From Minutocellus sp. GHC0000111 (taxonomy: Eukaryota): DNA of 64,000 nucleotides. Made by a program: the position numbers and the translations under genes. This document shows positions 23,216 to 35,026 of this stretch, one piece after another (positions within the stretch are counted from its first letter, which is position 1; every line of letters starts with the position of its first letter). Below the pieces are notes generated by a model. That model was not told the DNA's origin. It ran no database searches and was given only the letters and a program-made list of their open reading frames with translations. Location: NCBI GenBank assembly GCA_977018835.1, contig OZ361259.1, positions 1,426,001 through 1,490,000 of the forward strand. Reading direction: 5' to 3'.

Positions 23216-24052
23216 ATGGCCAAATCGATCCTCATCACGGGCTCAACAGATGGCTTGGGCCTCGAGACTGCCAAGGTCCTCGCATCGCAGGGCCACAACG
23301 TCATCCTTCACGGAAGAAGCAACAAAAAGCTCGCGGCCGCACGCAAGATTGTAGCCGAGTCGGCATCCGCAGACAGCAACATCGATACGATTGCGGCCGA
23401 TCTCAGTGACATCAGTCAGGTCCATAAACTTGCCGATTCCGTCCTGTCCAAATACGACCACTTGGACGTGCTCCTCAATAACGCCGGTGTATTTGCTACA
23501 AGCAGTCCTCAAACTGCAGATGGCCGAGATCTTCGATTCATCGTCAACACTCTGTCGCCATATCTGCTCACGACGAAGCTCCTTCCCATCATCAAATCGA
23601 AAGATGGCAGTGGACGAGGCAGAATCGTCAATCTATCGTCGGCTGCCCAGCAGGGATCGCGCTCTGTAAACTTGCAGGCCTTCACCCAGCCCATGTCGTT
23701 CGAAGACTTTGATGCGTATGCCCAATCCAAGCTGGGAATCACACAGTGGTCGAACCACATGGCGGCGCAGCAGGCAAAAACTTCCAATGGGCCCATTGTC
23801 GTCGCCGTCAACCCTGCCAGTTATCTTGGAACGAAGATGGTCAAGGATGGCTTTGGTATGGCAGGAAATGATCCAATGATTGGGGTTGATATCCTCGTAA
23901 GAGCAGCACTATCGGATGAATTTGCAGATGCCAACGGTAAATACTATGATAATGATTCGAAGAGATTTCGCAACCCGCACCCGGATGGCACGGATGCCAA
24001 GAAGAATGCCACCCTGGTCCGTGCATTGGAGGATGCGCTTGAACAATCGTAA
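23216..24052 (+). CDS. Short-chain dehydrogenase/reductase, intronless, bacterial-like
   Basis: TGSTDGLG Rossmann motif, NNAG, NLSSAAQ, catalytic YAQSK, VNPASYLGTKMV. Confidence 0.9.
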   Translation: MAKSILITGSTDGLGLETAKVLASQGHNVILHGRSNKKLAAARKIVAESASADSNIDTIAADLSDISQVHKLADSVLSKYDHLDVLLNNAGVFATSSPQTADGRDLRFIVNTLSPYLLTTKLLPIIKSKDGSGRGRIVNLSSAAQQGSRSVNLQAFTQPMSFEDFDAYAQSKLGITQWSNHMAAQQAKTSNGPIVVAVNPASYLGTKMVKDGFGMAGNDPMIGVDILVRAALSDEFADANGKYYDNDSKRFRNPHPDGTDAKKNATLVRALEDALEQS

Positions 24053-24569
24053 GAAGGTTTTATGCATCGAACAACAGAGATCACGAAAAAAATGATTGCT
24101 TCTCTAGCTAGTAATTGAAAAGGTTATGTTTCACATGCATATTGAAGGAATGATATACGATCGTATCCAGCTTTCATGTTCATAGAGATAGCAGCAACTA
24201 CTTGTACGTAGTTTTGATCAAAACCATGAATTGGAAAAACGAGAGGATCGGCAGATCGCATGCGCAGGAGGAGGGCGGACCGGCCCCTCAGAACTGATGA
24301 CGGACGGACAGATGAGTTTTGTCTGCAATTTGCGTCATTGGTCCTAGCGGTGGCTCGATGACGCGAAAGCGAAATCGACTCCCCCTTTTCCTCCTTTTCT
24401 TCCTTTTCCTTTCTCCTTGTCTTACGAACGTGCATGGTCTGACCTTCATCAGGCTATGTGATCAGTCCGTTGTTCGTGCAGTTTGGCGATCACATCAGTC
24501 CAACCAAGTTCCGAGGTCCACGATCGGCTTAGACCGAGAAAGGTGGGTTGCGGAAATGTAGTAAATTTG

Positions 24570-25308
24570 TCGCAAATTTTTAAAATATGTAATTTTTTGG
24601 GGTTTAGATGATGATGTCATAAATATGTCATGCCTCTTTTTTTTTTGAAGACAATTTTGTTGTTCTGTCTATTTCGTTTTAAATTGAACTGCTAGTTTGC
24701 CTAACAGAACAGATGTGCTAAACTCTTGATGTCATGGTAAGGATGTGCTGGACTGTGTTGGGAGATCAGTCACAATTATTATAACTGAGTGTTGAGCAGT
24801 GTACACCACTGTGCACCATGAGCACAAAGCATGTCATGAACCACCATTTTAGTGATGGGATCGTGTGCTGCTGTGTGGAGAGAGGCAGAGGAGACCAATG
24901 TGTTTTCATTGCAGTTAGTCCAGACATTGCTCCAATCCAAATGCTTTCTTTTGGAGCAATGAAAGAGTTGAGGAAACTAGAAATCAGAGTCAACCGTTCA
25001 AACAACAAGAAAACAGCATGTTCTTTTGTCTTAAACGAAGCAGCACCAGTTGGTTTCTCAGTCAGTCAGTCTTTTCAGGACGTGCCTGGCAATTTCATTA
25101 GGCCAGTCTCTTTGGATTGCAAAGGTTACTGGAAAATGGACTGTGAACAGGCATGTGTTGCAATGGCCGATTCTTTCAAACTGATCAAGTTGATTAGCAG
25201 GAAACAAACACATGTTCTTGAATCGTGCAGAGTTGGTCCAGCTTTAGGTGAGCCACTCGACCCGCGAAAAGTAACAATTCGCCGTGGTGTCCATGGTAGT
25301 AGTCTAGT
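24570..25308 (+). mobile_element. Decayed repeat / possible non-autonomous Helitron fragment
   Basis: AT-richer, visibly CpG-poor and TG/CA-rich segment; ends in imperfect hairpin GCCGTGG-TGT-CCATGGT (25281-25297), then CTAG|T at 25304-25308; 5' boundary not defined. Confidence 0.4.
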
Positions 25309-25445
25309 CTTTGTGTGATGATGCTACATGGCTGTAATGCATCGGCACCGGAACAATGAAAGCGCTGCAAGAGATACTAGAGTAGTGAAACCATTCCTGT
25401 GCTATTGAGGTATCAGTTCCTAAAGGTTCAGAATCTGCGCAAGAG

Positions 25446-27727
25446 TTAAACCAACCCAGCGGCCTTCAATTTCTTGTGTTCCGACACAGCTCTGGGAAAG
25501 AACCGAGCATTACCTGGCGGAGTTCCACTAAAAACATTTCCTGCAATGATCCCTTCCATCAAACCACTAATCACTTCGTTGTCATTTGTCTCCGAACGGA
25601 ACCTTTCAAAAGGCTGTGCACAATGAGTATCACCCTCGGAGAACCTTTGAAGCAACAAACAGGCAATGTCAACATATAGTGAATGTTCGGGATGCTCCAG
25701 CATGTAAATTGCAAATTGCACCGCCGCTTGCTCAGCAAGAAGAAGGACGTTACTTCGTAGCTTTTTGGAACGTCTATTGAAACCTTTTGGGCAAAATGTC
25801 GGAGGATAGCTTCTCATAAATGTATCAAAGTCATCCATTCCCGTGCACTCGAATGCGTTCGAGCTGATTTCTCCTGACATCAGCAAGGCGTCTATCTCAT
25901 CTTCCCATAAGTTTTGCAGTGGCGAGACACAATAGCTCTTATCTCTTTTCCTGCTGCCCCTCCATGGTGAAAGGAACCGAGCAGTCTTTCTTTACCGAGA
26001 CCATGAGCGAAGCGGAAGAGATGAAGGGCGAGCATAGACTGGCAAATGAAGTTGTCCTCATGTACGTCAGCGGCCTCGAATCGTCGTTTAGTAGCATTGA
26101 ATTCAACTTTCTTCAAAAGCAACGGATCGAACGAAGCCTTTGACACCATGAAGATTCCGTCGCGATAAGATCCAAGGAAACAGTCAATGCTCTTTGCAGT
26201 TGTTTCACGAGATATTTTATCTCCTTTCTCGAGAAGTGCGTTACTGATGACCGCGCGTCTGGCGACCTCTTGAGATGAGAGAAAGGCACATTTCGTTTCA
26301 GATTCAGAGGGACGAGCTACGCCTTCGTTGTTCACGTCCCCGATTTCTTCATTTTGACCAGGGCCCTGTTGGCTTGAATCCTCCGCTGGCTCATCACGGC
26401 GACAAAATCTCTTGTACTCTGAGACATATTGAGATATGTCGTTGGCATGGATATCCTCTGTATCGTCATCTTCATACTCCACTCGATAATAAGGACGTTC
26501 GTTGGTCGGTAATCTGGTAATCTCACCCTCGAAGAAGCCATACCCGGGGAAATTCTTGCGAATCTTGTCACCAAGGCCATGTGCCCTATGATCACCTTCG
26601 TCTGGATCGGGGTAAGACTTTCGCTTCCCACTCCTACTGACAACATCTGCCCCGCCTTCTCCTTCAACGTCAACTCCCTCTTTGCCTGCCTCTGTATTAT
26701 CGGAAGAACCGGACGCCGCAGCTGATGACGACGACGATGGAACGTCATTCCTCGCTGCCTCTTTTCTCTCCAAATAGCGCATGGCGAATTTGTTGACAAC
26801 GAACTGTTCGTTCTCAGAATGGAACGGCGCATTACAACACGGGCAAGGTATCTTCTTTTTGTTGCCGCTCAACTCCGTCACCTTGGCGGTCCGATGCAAC
26901 TCGGCGCATTGCATGCACAAGGTGTTGCCGCAGCAATTGGGCGTGAGGACTGGTCGTCGGTCGGTTGGACTTCCTGCAGATGAGCCAAGATTGTAGTGCT
27001 CGTTGCAGATGAAGCAAATATCGAGGCTGTCATCGCCCACGCCCCTTTGTAGTTCATTCCTTACCAGAGTGCGCGAGTGAATGGTTTGGTTTGATTCCTC
27101 CATGCTCCCTTCGCTTCCTCTTTCCAGAGCCGTCACAAGTGCAAAATTGGCATCGGCCGCCGGTTCGGCAGTAACAGCAGCAGCCGACAAAGACGAATTC
27201 GCCACAGCAGAAGAAGATTCGCGTTGGTCGTCTGACGCAAGAGCGGCAAAAAAGCTGCTGATGCCGGCAGTGCCGCCACCACCTATCGCCGGCAGCTCGC
27301 CGGACTCGCCTGGTCTCTCCGCCGCAGCGCATTCCTCCTCGTGCTGGCATGCCTCCTCGAACGATTCGAATGATGCCTCCTTGCAAACATCGCAAAGCCA
27401 CTTCTTTTGGGTCGTGGTGCTTATTTTGGTGATATCGCTCATAACTTTGTTTGGAGACGAGGCGCACTTGGGAATGTTTATTCGAGGTGCTGGGAGCGGA
27501 GACTGTGGAGGAGTGAATATTCCGTGGTGGTGGCGCAACAACTTTGCGTCAAGTATTTCCTTTTCTGTGGAGAAGCAGTCTTGGCAAAGCTTTCGGGCGT
27601 CATTCAGGGAAGTCTTCGCTACACTTCTCTTTGGATTGCCGTGTCTTGAGAGGCAGCCATTTACACAGGGAGCTCTTGACATTGAGGCCAGGGAACAGGG
27701 CCGAGCAAATATCATTTCGATTGACAT
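25446..27727 (-). CDS. RING finger + Tudor-like domain protein with C2HC-type zinc motif; frameshift near 25905
   Basis: WLCDVCKEASFESFEEACQHEEEC; RING CFIC..CCGNTLCMQC..CPCC; Tudor-like GDKIRKNFPGYGFFEGEI..YRVEYEDDDTED; adding one G at TATGGG-AAG joins ORF 25446-25886. Confidence 0.7.
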
Positions 27728-27811
27728 GGCTGCTGCTCGTGGCGTTCGCGTGAAATTTTGGTCATTTTTTGGTCTGTCCGCCCATCACACGGCGCAGGTC
27801 AGCCAAGCGCT

Positions 27812-27857
27812 GCCTTGGGTGCTCTACCAATCGCGCCTTGGCTGCTCTACCAATCGC
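27812..27857 (+). repeat. Two tandem 23-bp units, each containing CCAAT, in a divergent promoter
   Basis: GCCTTGGGTGCTCTACCAATCGC / GCCTTGGCTGCTCTACCAATCGC (1 mismatch). Confidence 0.8.
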
Positions 27858-28131
27858 CATGGTACATGAACTGCAACGGCCACAAAGAAGATACCGCACG
27901 CGAGCCGAAGCAAGAGCGTACTGCGGCGTCGTCGGTGTGTTGGATATCGTTTTTCAATTGACTGTTATTGAAGAGGCCAGTGTAGTCGCACTTGCATTTC
28001 GCTCCAAGTCAAACTTTTTACACAGCGATTAAAAACTACGTAGCACATCAAGCCATCACCCCAGAAAGTGCCGACGAATTGCGAACCTGATCGAGGACCC
28101 ATCAGTCAGCCCACGCACTTTACATCTCACC

Positions 28132-29788
28132 ATGCTCCGCCAGCTCAAGCGGACCGCCCTGCGGGCCACCGCCACCACCGTCGGTCTCGGCGTGGCCCTC
28201 GAAGTAACCACCCATCTCCCATCCGAAGGTCGATCGTCGCAATTTTACCACACTTTATCGGACAGCATCGTAATGCCTCTGGTGCGACTTTGTCTAAATC
28301 CCGAACAGGCGCACAATTTGGCCATCGAGGCGGTCAAGGCGGGATGGGCACCTACGTACCGATCGTCGGGACGGGCCGAGGACGGATGGAGGGTGCAGAT
28401 GGACAGCAAGCCGTTTGGCGAGGGTGGCGACCAGAAGGGAGGATTGGTATTTCCCAACCCCGTTGGCTTGGCTGCCGGATTTGACAAGGATGGTGTGGCC
28501 GTCAAGGGTTTGCTCGAGTTGGGATTTGGGTGAGTCATACATATGTTGGCGTTGTGGCCGGAGACGCACTGTTATTGGTCACATTGTTGGATCTCTTGAC
28601 TCTAAATGGGCTGGCTTTGTAATTCGGCGCTTGCCTAATGCTTTGTACGTTACCTGCCCATGCTTGAACATTTGCTACCAATTGTGCAGGTTCGTGGAAG
28701 TGGGTTCCGTAACTCCTCTTCCCCAACCAGGCAATCCCAAGCCACGAATGTTTCGTCTGACCGAAGACCGGGCCGTCATCAATCGATATGGGTTCAATTC
28801 GACCGGTTTGGATGCCGTGGAGTCCAACTTGAGGGATTTTGTCATCCAAAGAGAAGCTCAGATGGATGCATCGGCGGTTGGAGTGGCCAGCTCATCCCAA
28901 AGCTTTAGTGAAGTGTGGAAGCGGCTTACTGCCGAGGTTGCTGAAGATTACGAAAATAAGGGATTGCGAGTTGCCAAGGTTTTGGCGTCGTATCTGGTGT
29001 CGCTTGTGCCATTGCCCAACTTGCGTCAGCCCAAATCCGCCACAACACCGGGCCTACTTGGAGTGAATCTTGGCAAGAACAAAACTAGCACAGATGAGGT
29101 AGCTGACTATACCCGTGGTATCCGACAGCTGGGCCCGTACGCAGACTATCTGGTGGTGAACATATCGAGTCCCAATACTCCTGGCCTCCGTGGGTTGCAG
29201 CGTCGGGAACCTCTTCAAAAATTGCTCGATGCGACGGTCGCCGAACGGAATGCACTCCCACCAAGCAAGTCAACCATTCCTCTCTTGGTGAAGATTGCGC
29301 CCGATGTGACCGATCAGGAGTTGGACGACATTGCCGCCGTCGTACAAGAATCTGGGGTCGATGGAGTCATTGTTTCCAACACGAGCACATCGCGTCCAGA
29401 ATCTCTGATTTCGTCCCATCGGAAGGAAACCGGTGGCCTGTCGGGCGCTCCTATTCGTCAAATGTCGACGGATTGTATTCGCAAGTTATACGCTTTGACG
29501 GATGGAAAAATTCTCATCGTCGGCGTGGGTGGGGTAGGCAGCGGCCACGACGCTTACGAAAAGCTCAAGGCCGGTGCCAGTCTGGTGGAGATATACTCAA
29601 TGATGGTATACGAGGGTCCAGGGGTCGTGAGTAGAATACGGAGCGAGTTGGCCGATCTCATGGTGCAGAACGGACACCGGCGGGTGGAGGATGTGGTTGG
29701 TTTGGACCATGAGGATATTTACTGGCGCAAGAGGGAGGAAAGAATGAAGGCTGCAAGGTCTGCCGAGACTGTTATTGTCGAAGAGTAG
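28132..29788 (+). CDS. DHODH: Dihydroorotate dehydrogenase, class 2 (mitochondrial, quinone); intron 28530-28689
   Basis: PEQAH, NPVGLAAGFDKDG, GFG|FVEVGSVTP.PQPGNPKPRMFRL, INRYGFNS, NLGKNK, NISSPNTPGLR, LVKIAPD, GGLSG. Confidence 0.95.
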
Positions 29789-29897
29789 AGAAATTAGTAT
29801 TTTTTAGTTCGGTGCTTTTGAGAAAAGAACGTTTATTTCTCTGTGTTATTCGAAGTCACAGAAAAGCTGGGTTAGTAGTGGCGGCCCGCACTTCTTG

Positions 29898-31904
29898 TCA
29901 TCGAGCAAAGTTGGGCTTACGGATACTAACTCCGGTGCACTTCTCAGTAAAGGTTGCCTCCTTTCCATACTCGATGTAATCTTCCTCCTCTTCAATAATG
30001 TACTGCCCTGTCAAGTCAAGTTCCACTCCCTCTTGACTTCCATACGATTCCTCCGTCGTTTCTGAACCAGCCGCCGCCAAGAATCGGCTGTACGGGTTGT
30101 TCTTTCGTCGATTGTCCATAAAGCTTGCCGGTCGATGCATCCGCGCCACATTGGGATCCAGAACGCCACCGCATGCCCAAATGACGGCGGCGTTGAAACC
30201 CTCCCAATTCTCAATCATGAGGAGATGGCCGGAATTCCGCACGGCCCGAACCGACACATTGGGCACGTCGAGGTTGCCCTCGGCACGCTGCTGACGACAG
30301 TACCGCTCGACGTCCATCCCGGCGGTGGGGTCCATCCAATCCCTTTCACCATACAAAAATACCACCTCGGACACCTTGAGATGGGGGACCCGGTCACATA
30401 ACGGATAAACGGCATAGGCCCCGGGCAGGAGGAGCCGGTTCAAACATTCCTCTCCGCTTGGCGGCAACACGGCATTGTTGTACAGATACTCAATGAGGGC
30501 GGTGCGTTCCTGAAGACATTTAACGCCCGGTAGACGCTTGTCGACGTAGCTCTCCACCGCCATCACCCCCTGCGTTTGGCCGACGGTCCGGATGACGGCA
30601 CCGGGAGTCCAGCCGCTGTCGAAGAAGGATCTGGCCATCCGTTTGGCCACCTTGGCCACGATGGGCACGTTGGACTCGGTGGGGGACTGTGGCAGCTCGC
30701 TTTTGGGATTTTTTGTGGGCGAGGAAGTCGTCGACTTGGGCTCTCCCGGCACCCCCACCGGACTTAGCAGCAACAGTTTGGCCACCCGCTCGGGATATCG
30801 CTCGGTATATGCCACCGACACATACCCGCCGAGGGAATGTCCGCCCAGTACCATCGATTCGACACCATTGGCCTTTCGCCACGCCTCGAGAGATTCCACA
30901 AAAAAGTCCTCGGCCTCCCTGACCGATTGCTTCTTGTGCTCGTCACTCTCTATGGTGTCATGATCGTAGGTGGGAAAGGACGGCCGGGACGACAACCCCC
31001 ATCCCATCATGTCGACGGCGTAGATGGTGGCAAAATGCTTGGATAGTCCGTGAAGGTTGCGGTAGAAGTACAGCGCACCGTTGGCATAACCGTGGAGCAG
31101 GACCAGCGGTGGAGGTTGGCTTTGGCTTTCGCCTTCTTGGTCTTCTGTTGCTGATGTTTCTGGTGATGGACTCTCCTGGTTTTGCTGTTGTCGCCGTTGT
31201 TGTTGCCGATGGTATGGCGAAGTGACCCGTATGGCGTGCATGTGCAGCGTCTCGTCGTCCGGCTTGGTATGGACCGACTTGTTGGTTCGTGCCGTCGAGG
31301 CCGAGGAGGTGAGGCTGTTGGCGGCAATGCTCGGTGGGCGCACCGCCGCATCGATTTCGTCATTTTGAGATTCCACCTCCGCCGTTGTGAGGCTGTTCCG
31401 ACTGGCGCTTTCCACGAGGCTGTTGTCCATCGCCGAGTCTCTGCCATCTTCACCTTTACCGTCGCCACCCTCCAGCCGCATTCCATCATCATCAATGTCA
31501 TCGACGCCATCCAGACAGGTGACGCTGGGCGCGACGCAGCTGGTGATGAGGCTGGACCCCATCCGCTTCAGGCTCCGCACTCGGCCGAGGCCCTCCCCTT
31601 CCGCATTGGCCTTGGGTGGTGTGGATCCCCGCGGCAGGACGGATCGGGGGATCGTCGTATCGAACTGCTCCAACACGGCATGCGATCCGGTATCTCGCGC
31701 CTGCTGGTCGTGCTGGTCGTCTCGTGGAGCATCTCCATCACCAGCGGCGGCAGCAGATGTGGCACCGGGCACATATCGGTAGCTGCATTCCAACAACCGA
31801 GCCTCGGCACGCCGCATCCCCCGCTCGTGTCGGCACTCGCACTCCGGATGGTCCGGATCGGACGGGTGGCTGAACAGCGCATTGAAGGCTGCGAAGGACG
31901 ACAT
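29898..31904 (-). CDS. ABHD4/ABHD5 (CGI-58/ICT1/CLD1)-like lipase/acyltransferase
   Basis: LVLLHGY, DMMGWGLSSRP, FFVESLEAWR, GHSLGGY, YGERDWMD, SGHLLMIEN. Confidence 0.85.
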   Translation of the reverse strand: MSSFAAFNALFSHPSDPDHPECECRHERGMRRAEARLLECSYRYVPGATSAAAAGDGDAPRDDQHDQQARDTGSHAVLEQFDTTIPRSVLPRGSTPPKANAEGEGLGRVRSLKRMGSSLITSCVAPSVTCLDGVDDIDDDGMRLEGGDGKGEDGRDSAMDNSLVESASRNSLTTAEVESQNDEIDAAVRPPSIAANSLTSSASTARTNKSVHTKPDDETLHMHAIRVTSPYHRQQQRRQQQNQESPSPETSATEDQEGESQSQPPPLVLLHGYANGALYFYRNLHGLSKHFATIYAVDMMGWGLSSRPSFPTYDHDTIESDEHKKQSVREAEDFFVESLEAWRKANGVESMVLGGHSLGGYVSVAYTERYPERVAKLLLLSPVGVPGEPKSTTSSPTKNPKSELPQSPTESNVPIVAKVAKRMARSFFDSGWTPGAVIRTVGQTQGVMAVESYVDKRLPGVKCLQERTALIEYLYNNAVLPPSGEECLNRLLLPGAYAVYPLCDRVPHLKVSEVVFLYGERDWMDPTAGMDVERYCRQQRAEGNLDVPNVSVRAVRNSGHLLMIENWEGFNAAVIWACGGVLDPNVARMHRPASFMDNRRKNNPYSRFLAAAGSETTEESYGSQEGVELDLTGQYIIEEEEDYIEYGKEATFTEKCTGVSIRKPNFAR

Positions 31905-32351
31905 AATGATGCCGTTCTGTTATGTTAGCCGAGACGAGATCGAGAGGAAAATGCTTTTTCGCTGCTCGTTCGATGAGCAAGCAAGGGTCGGGCGATGGAT
32001 TCCGACCGGCACGGCCACCCCCTTCCACCGCGGTATCGCTTAGCACAACAACCAGTCACACGCAATACGCAAGAGGCAATGCAACTTGTTACGTAGTTAT
32101 TTATCGGCATAACCGGCACAAGATTGAAAGATGCGGCTCGAAATTCAAATGCAGAAATTGATTGGCTGAGGCTTTCACTACTAGTACTTGGTTCCGGCTC
32201 CTCACGACACGGCGCCTGATCGTCGTAAGAAAGCCCTTGACAACACCCTCGAAGGCAATGCAATCAATCAATCAGTACCGACTGGCCTAGCCTTGTTGAA
32301 TGCTTGGCGAATTGATGGGTCCCAGTTCCAACGATACAAAAAGAAACCGTC

Positions 32352-33578
32352 ATGACGGCGCACTCTCATGATTTCCGGGTGTCCTCCAAAGATATGAAGG
32401 TTCTCTACGGCGTCAACTCGGGGATAGATACCCCAACCTCCTCATTGCTTGCTTTTTCGCCACAGAACAAGACAGCTGCCGGCCGAGAGCGAGCGAGAAT
32501 CCTTTTGCCATCATCACATCAAATCATGCCGCCGGGCGCAACTTTCCCGTGCAGCAGCAGGAAATGGCAAGATAAAATGGACGCAATTACCGCCGACACT
32601 GCTTTCTCATCCCGCGAAGAGGAGGACGGCGAGGCCGCCAACCCGACCGATATTCTCACCCTCAACGTGGCGGGAGAAGGCAAGATAGCCGTCCTGCGCC
32701 GAACTTTGTGCCTCGTCGAGAATTCCATGCTGGCCACCCAATTCTCCGGCCGGTGGGACGGGGGTCTGCCCCGTGACAAAGACGGGCATGTCTTTATTGA
32801 TCTGCCCTGCGAACTATTCAAGGCCCTGGTGGACTTTCTCCGGATCAAATCCATGGCGGCCCTGTCCGACCCGTTGCTTTGCATCACGGCGTGCGACTGT
32901 GCCGATGCCAAGCTGGTGCAAAAGCGAGACTTTCAGCGGATGGTCGATTACTACGGCCTGACGCTGTGTCTGTATCCCATCACCCTGGAGAAGAAGGAAC
33001 AGCTCAGCGTCGACCTCAAGGATAATGCTACCGTGCTGCAGTGGCCGGACATGATTGTTGAAAAAGAAAAGAGCTGGTACCCGCCCGCACGATTTCACAT
33101 TCTGCCCCACAAGCACAAGCGTATCATCGAAAGCATTGAGATGGTCGTCCAAAAAGCTACGGGTGGTCTCAACATAGAAATCTATCGTCACGGAACCAGC
33201 GGATCCGATGGCGACGAGGATCAGCATCACCGGGGATGGACCAGCATCGAGTTCAACGAGGCGACCAAAATCTTTCGATTCTACGGTTCCAGGAAAGAGG
33301 CCCATTGTGCCGTCGAGCCCTTCGGTGAGGAGGTGCTCACGGCGTTGTATGCTAATCGCAAGACCGATGCTGGTCTCAAGGCAGGCACGAGGTTTGAGTT
33401 GAATTTCGATCGGCAGGGATCGTCGTCTGTCCTTCGGGACATTTCGGTGTGTGGCAAGGTTGTGCTTTCCCCCCAGCATTTGAAGGAGCATTTTGATACG
33501 CCGTGGCCGTGCCGGTGCAACATATCGATCGGACGGTGCGGCAAGATTCAGATCACCGAGGTTACGTACCATGTTTGA
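32352..33578 (+). CDS. BTB/POZ (KCTD-type) domain protein (true start may be 32526 or 32577)
   Basis: ILTLNVAGEG.IAVLRRTLC...SMLATQFSGRWD..LPRDKDGHVFID...FKALVDFLR. Confidence 0.8.
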   Translation: MTAHSHDFRVSSKDMKVLYGVNSGIDTPTSSLLAFSPQNKTAAGRERARILLPSSHQIMPPGATFPCSSRKWQDKMDAITADTAFSSREEEDGEAANPTDILTLNVAGEGKIAVLRRTLCLVENSMLATQFSGRWDGGLPRDKDGHVFIDLPCELFKALVDFLRIKSMAALSDPLLCITACDCADAKLVQKRDFQRMVDYYGLTLCLYPITLEKKEQLSVDLKDNATVLQWPDMIVEKEKSWYPPARFHILPHKHKRIIESIEMVVQKATGGLNIEIYRHGTSGSDGDEDQHHRGWTSIEFNEATKIFRFYGSRKEAHCAVEPFGEEVLTALYANRKTDAGLKAGTRFELNFDRQGSSSVLRDISVCGKVVLSPQHLKEHFDTPWPCRCNISIGRCGKIQITEVTYHV

Positions 33579-33728
33579 TGGAGGACAATTTGGATGTAAG
33601 ATTGGAGCTATCCATCTATTTGAGTGGCATGGGATATCGTCCTCCGCTCATTGTTATGTATGGTATGGTATTTGAAATGTTACATAGTAGATAAATTGAA
33701 CGGAAGAAAGTTATACAGACCTCGAAGC

Positions 33729-34844
33729 TTATCCAACCACTGTGTGTTCTGCGAATTCACCATCTTTGCTGTGGTCATAATCCGGCGAATCTGGATCAGG
33801 TGTCAGTGTAATAAGACCCAGGTCGAGGAGAACATAGAACGCACGCTCACCGATTGAAGCATAGTCCCTGCTTGATGGTTTGCTTGCCAAAGCTTCTTCA
33901 AGGCGTTTGCCCTCCGATTTAGCACCTGACTCTTTCTTCTTTTTGCTTTGTTTGACCTTTTTCTTAGTGGCCTTTGGCTTTTCGACCTTTGCGGAGACTG
34001 CCGTCTCTTTCTCGGCGCTAGTATTGATATCCTTCACACCATCTTCACCAGTCCCGACTCCTTTCAAAGGAACTACATCATAGGCATACTCCCGTCCAGT
34101 GCCTCTCCTTGTGTCCTTTCCAGTCTTGAATTCAACGGACTGGCCAACCTTGAGTTCTCTGTACCCCCTCATCTTGATGTTGCTGTGATGGACGTATACA
34201 TCCGGCGATCCATCTTCCAGCGCAATGAAACCAAATCCTCGTCCTGGATTGAAGGAAACCACCTCGCCAATCTTGATCTTGACCCGCTCCAGTTTGGCAT
34301 CGGCCTTTTGATAGGCTTCGTTACATGCTTTCAGGATCTGCCCGTCACTGTATGCCTTTGGATATTCGACAATCACAGGCACATTTACAAGCTGCGAATC
34401 GCCACGACTGCAGATGGCTTCGATGTACACCGACTTGGACGATATTCCCTGCACGGCAACGCTTTCGATGCTTTTGAGATCAATGTCACTGTTTCCCGCC
34501 GCCAAGATGGCCAGCGGGCCTCGCATATCTTTTGCATTGAGGTGCTTGAGAAGGGCATCCTGAGAGCGCTGGGAGAGGTCGGATTCAAATGTGTCGCTGC
34601 TGCCCAGGGCGTCGACTGCGGATTCTAAATCTTCGTCGTCGTCCTTCATCACTGTCCCATCGGGCATGTAGACCAAGGCACACAGGGAGGAAGAGGCGGA
34701 AACATAATTGGGCCAATTCCGTCTGATGCTGAATAGAGACGGGGTCACACGCCGGTCAGTCACAAATGCAGCAGAGCTGCATAATAAGCTAAAGAGGCAT
34801 AAAACGGTGATTTTAGCCAATACCGATGTCCGTATCCTGGTCAT
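33729..34844 (-). CDS. Plastid-targeted cold-shock-domain protein
   Basis: Signal peptide + SAA-FVT; CSD GEVVSFNPGRGFGFI..DVYVHHSNI..GYRELKVGQSVEF. Confidence 0.8.
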   Translation of the reverse strand: MTRIRTSVLAKITVLCLFSLLCSSAAFVTDRRVTPSLFSIRRNWPNYVSASSSLCALVYMPDGTVMKDDDEDLESAVDALGSSDTFESDLSQRSQDALLKHLNAKDMRGPLAILAAGNSDIDLKSIESVAVQGISSKSVYIEAICSRGDSQLVNVPVIVEYPKAYSDGQILKACNEAYQKADAKLERVKIKIGEVVSFNPGRGFGFIALEDGSPDVYVHHSNIKMRGYRELKVGQSVEFKTGKDTRRGTGREYAYDVVPLKGVGTGEDGVKDINTSAEKETAVSAKVEKPKATKKKVKQSKKKKESGAKSEGKRLEEALASKPSSRDYASIGERAFYVLLDLGLITLTPDPDSPDYDHSKDGEFAEHTVVG

Positions 34845-35026
34845 GGTGGGAATCAAATCAGCGAAAGAACTCAAAGGTGTCAAAGTAGCGAAAAGTGGCG
34901 TGGGGACTTGAAGAGATGGATCTGGCGCATGCAAGGCGGCGACGGCCAGACACGGTTGCAAACCAAGAACCCTGAGGCCCTCAGCTACGCGTTCCAATAA
35001 CTTGCTTGCTAATAACGCAGCTCGTA

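Noticed and set aside
27081..27869. Long antisense ORFs here and at 6321-6998, 31182-31928, 32814-33572 and 37790-38506
   Set aside because: Shadow frames of recognisable genes in GC-rich coding DNA
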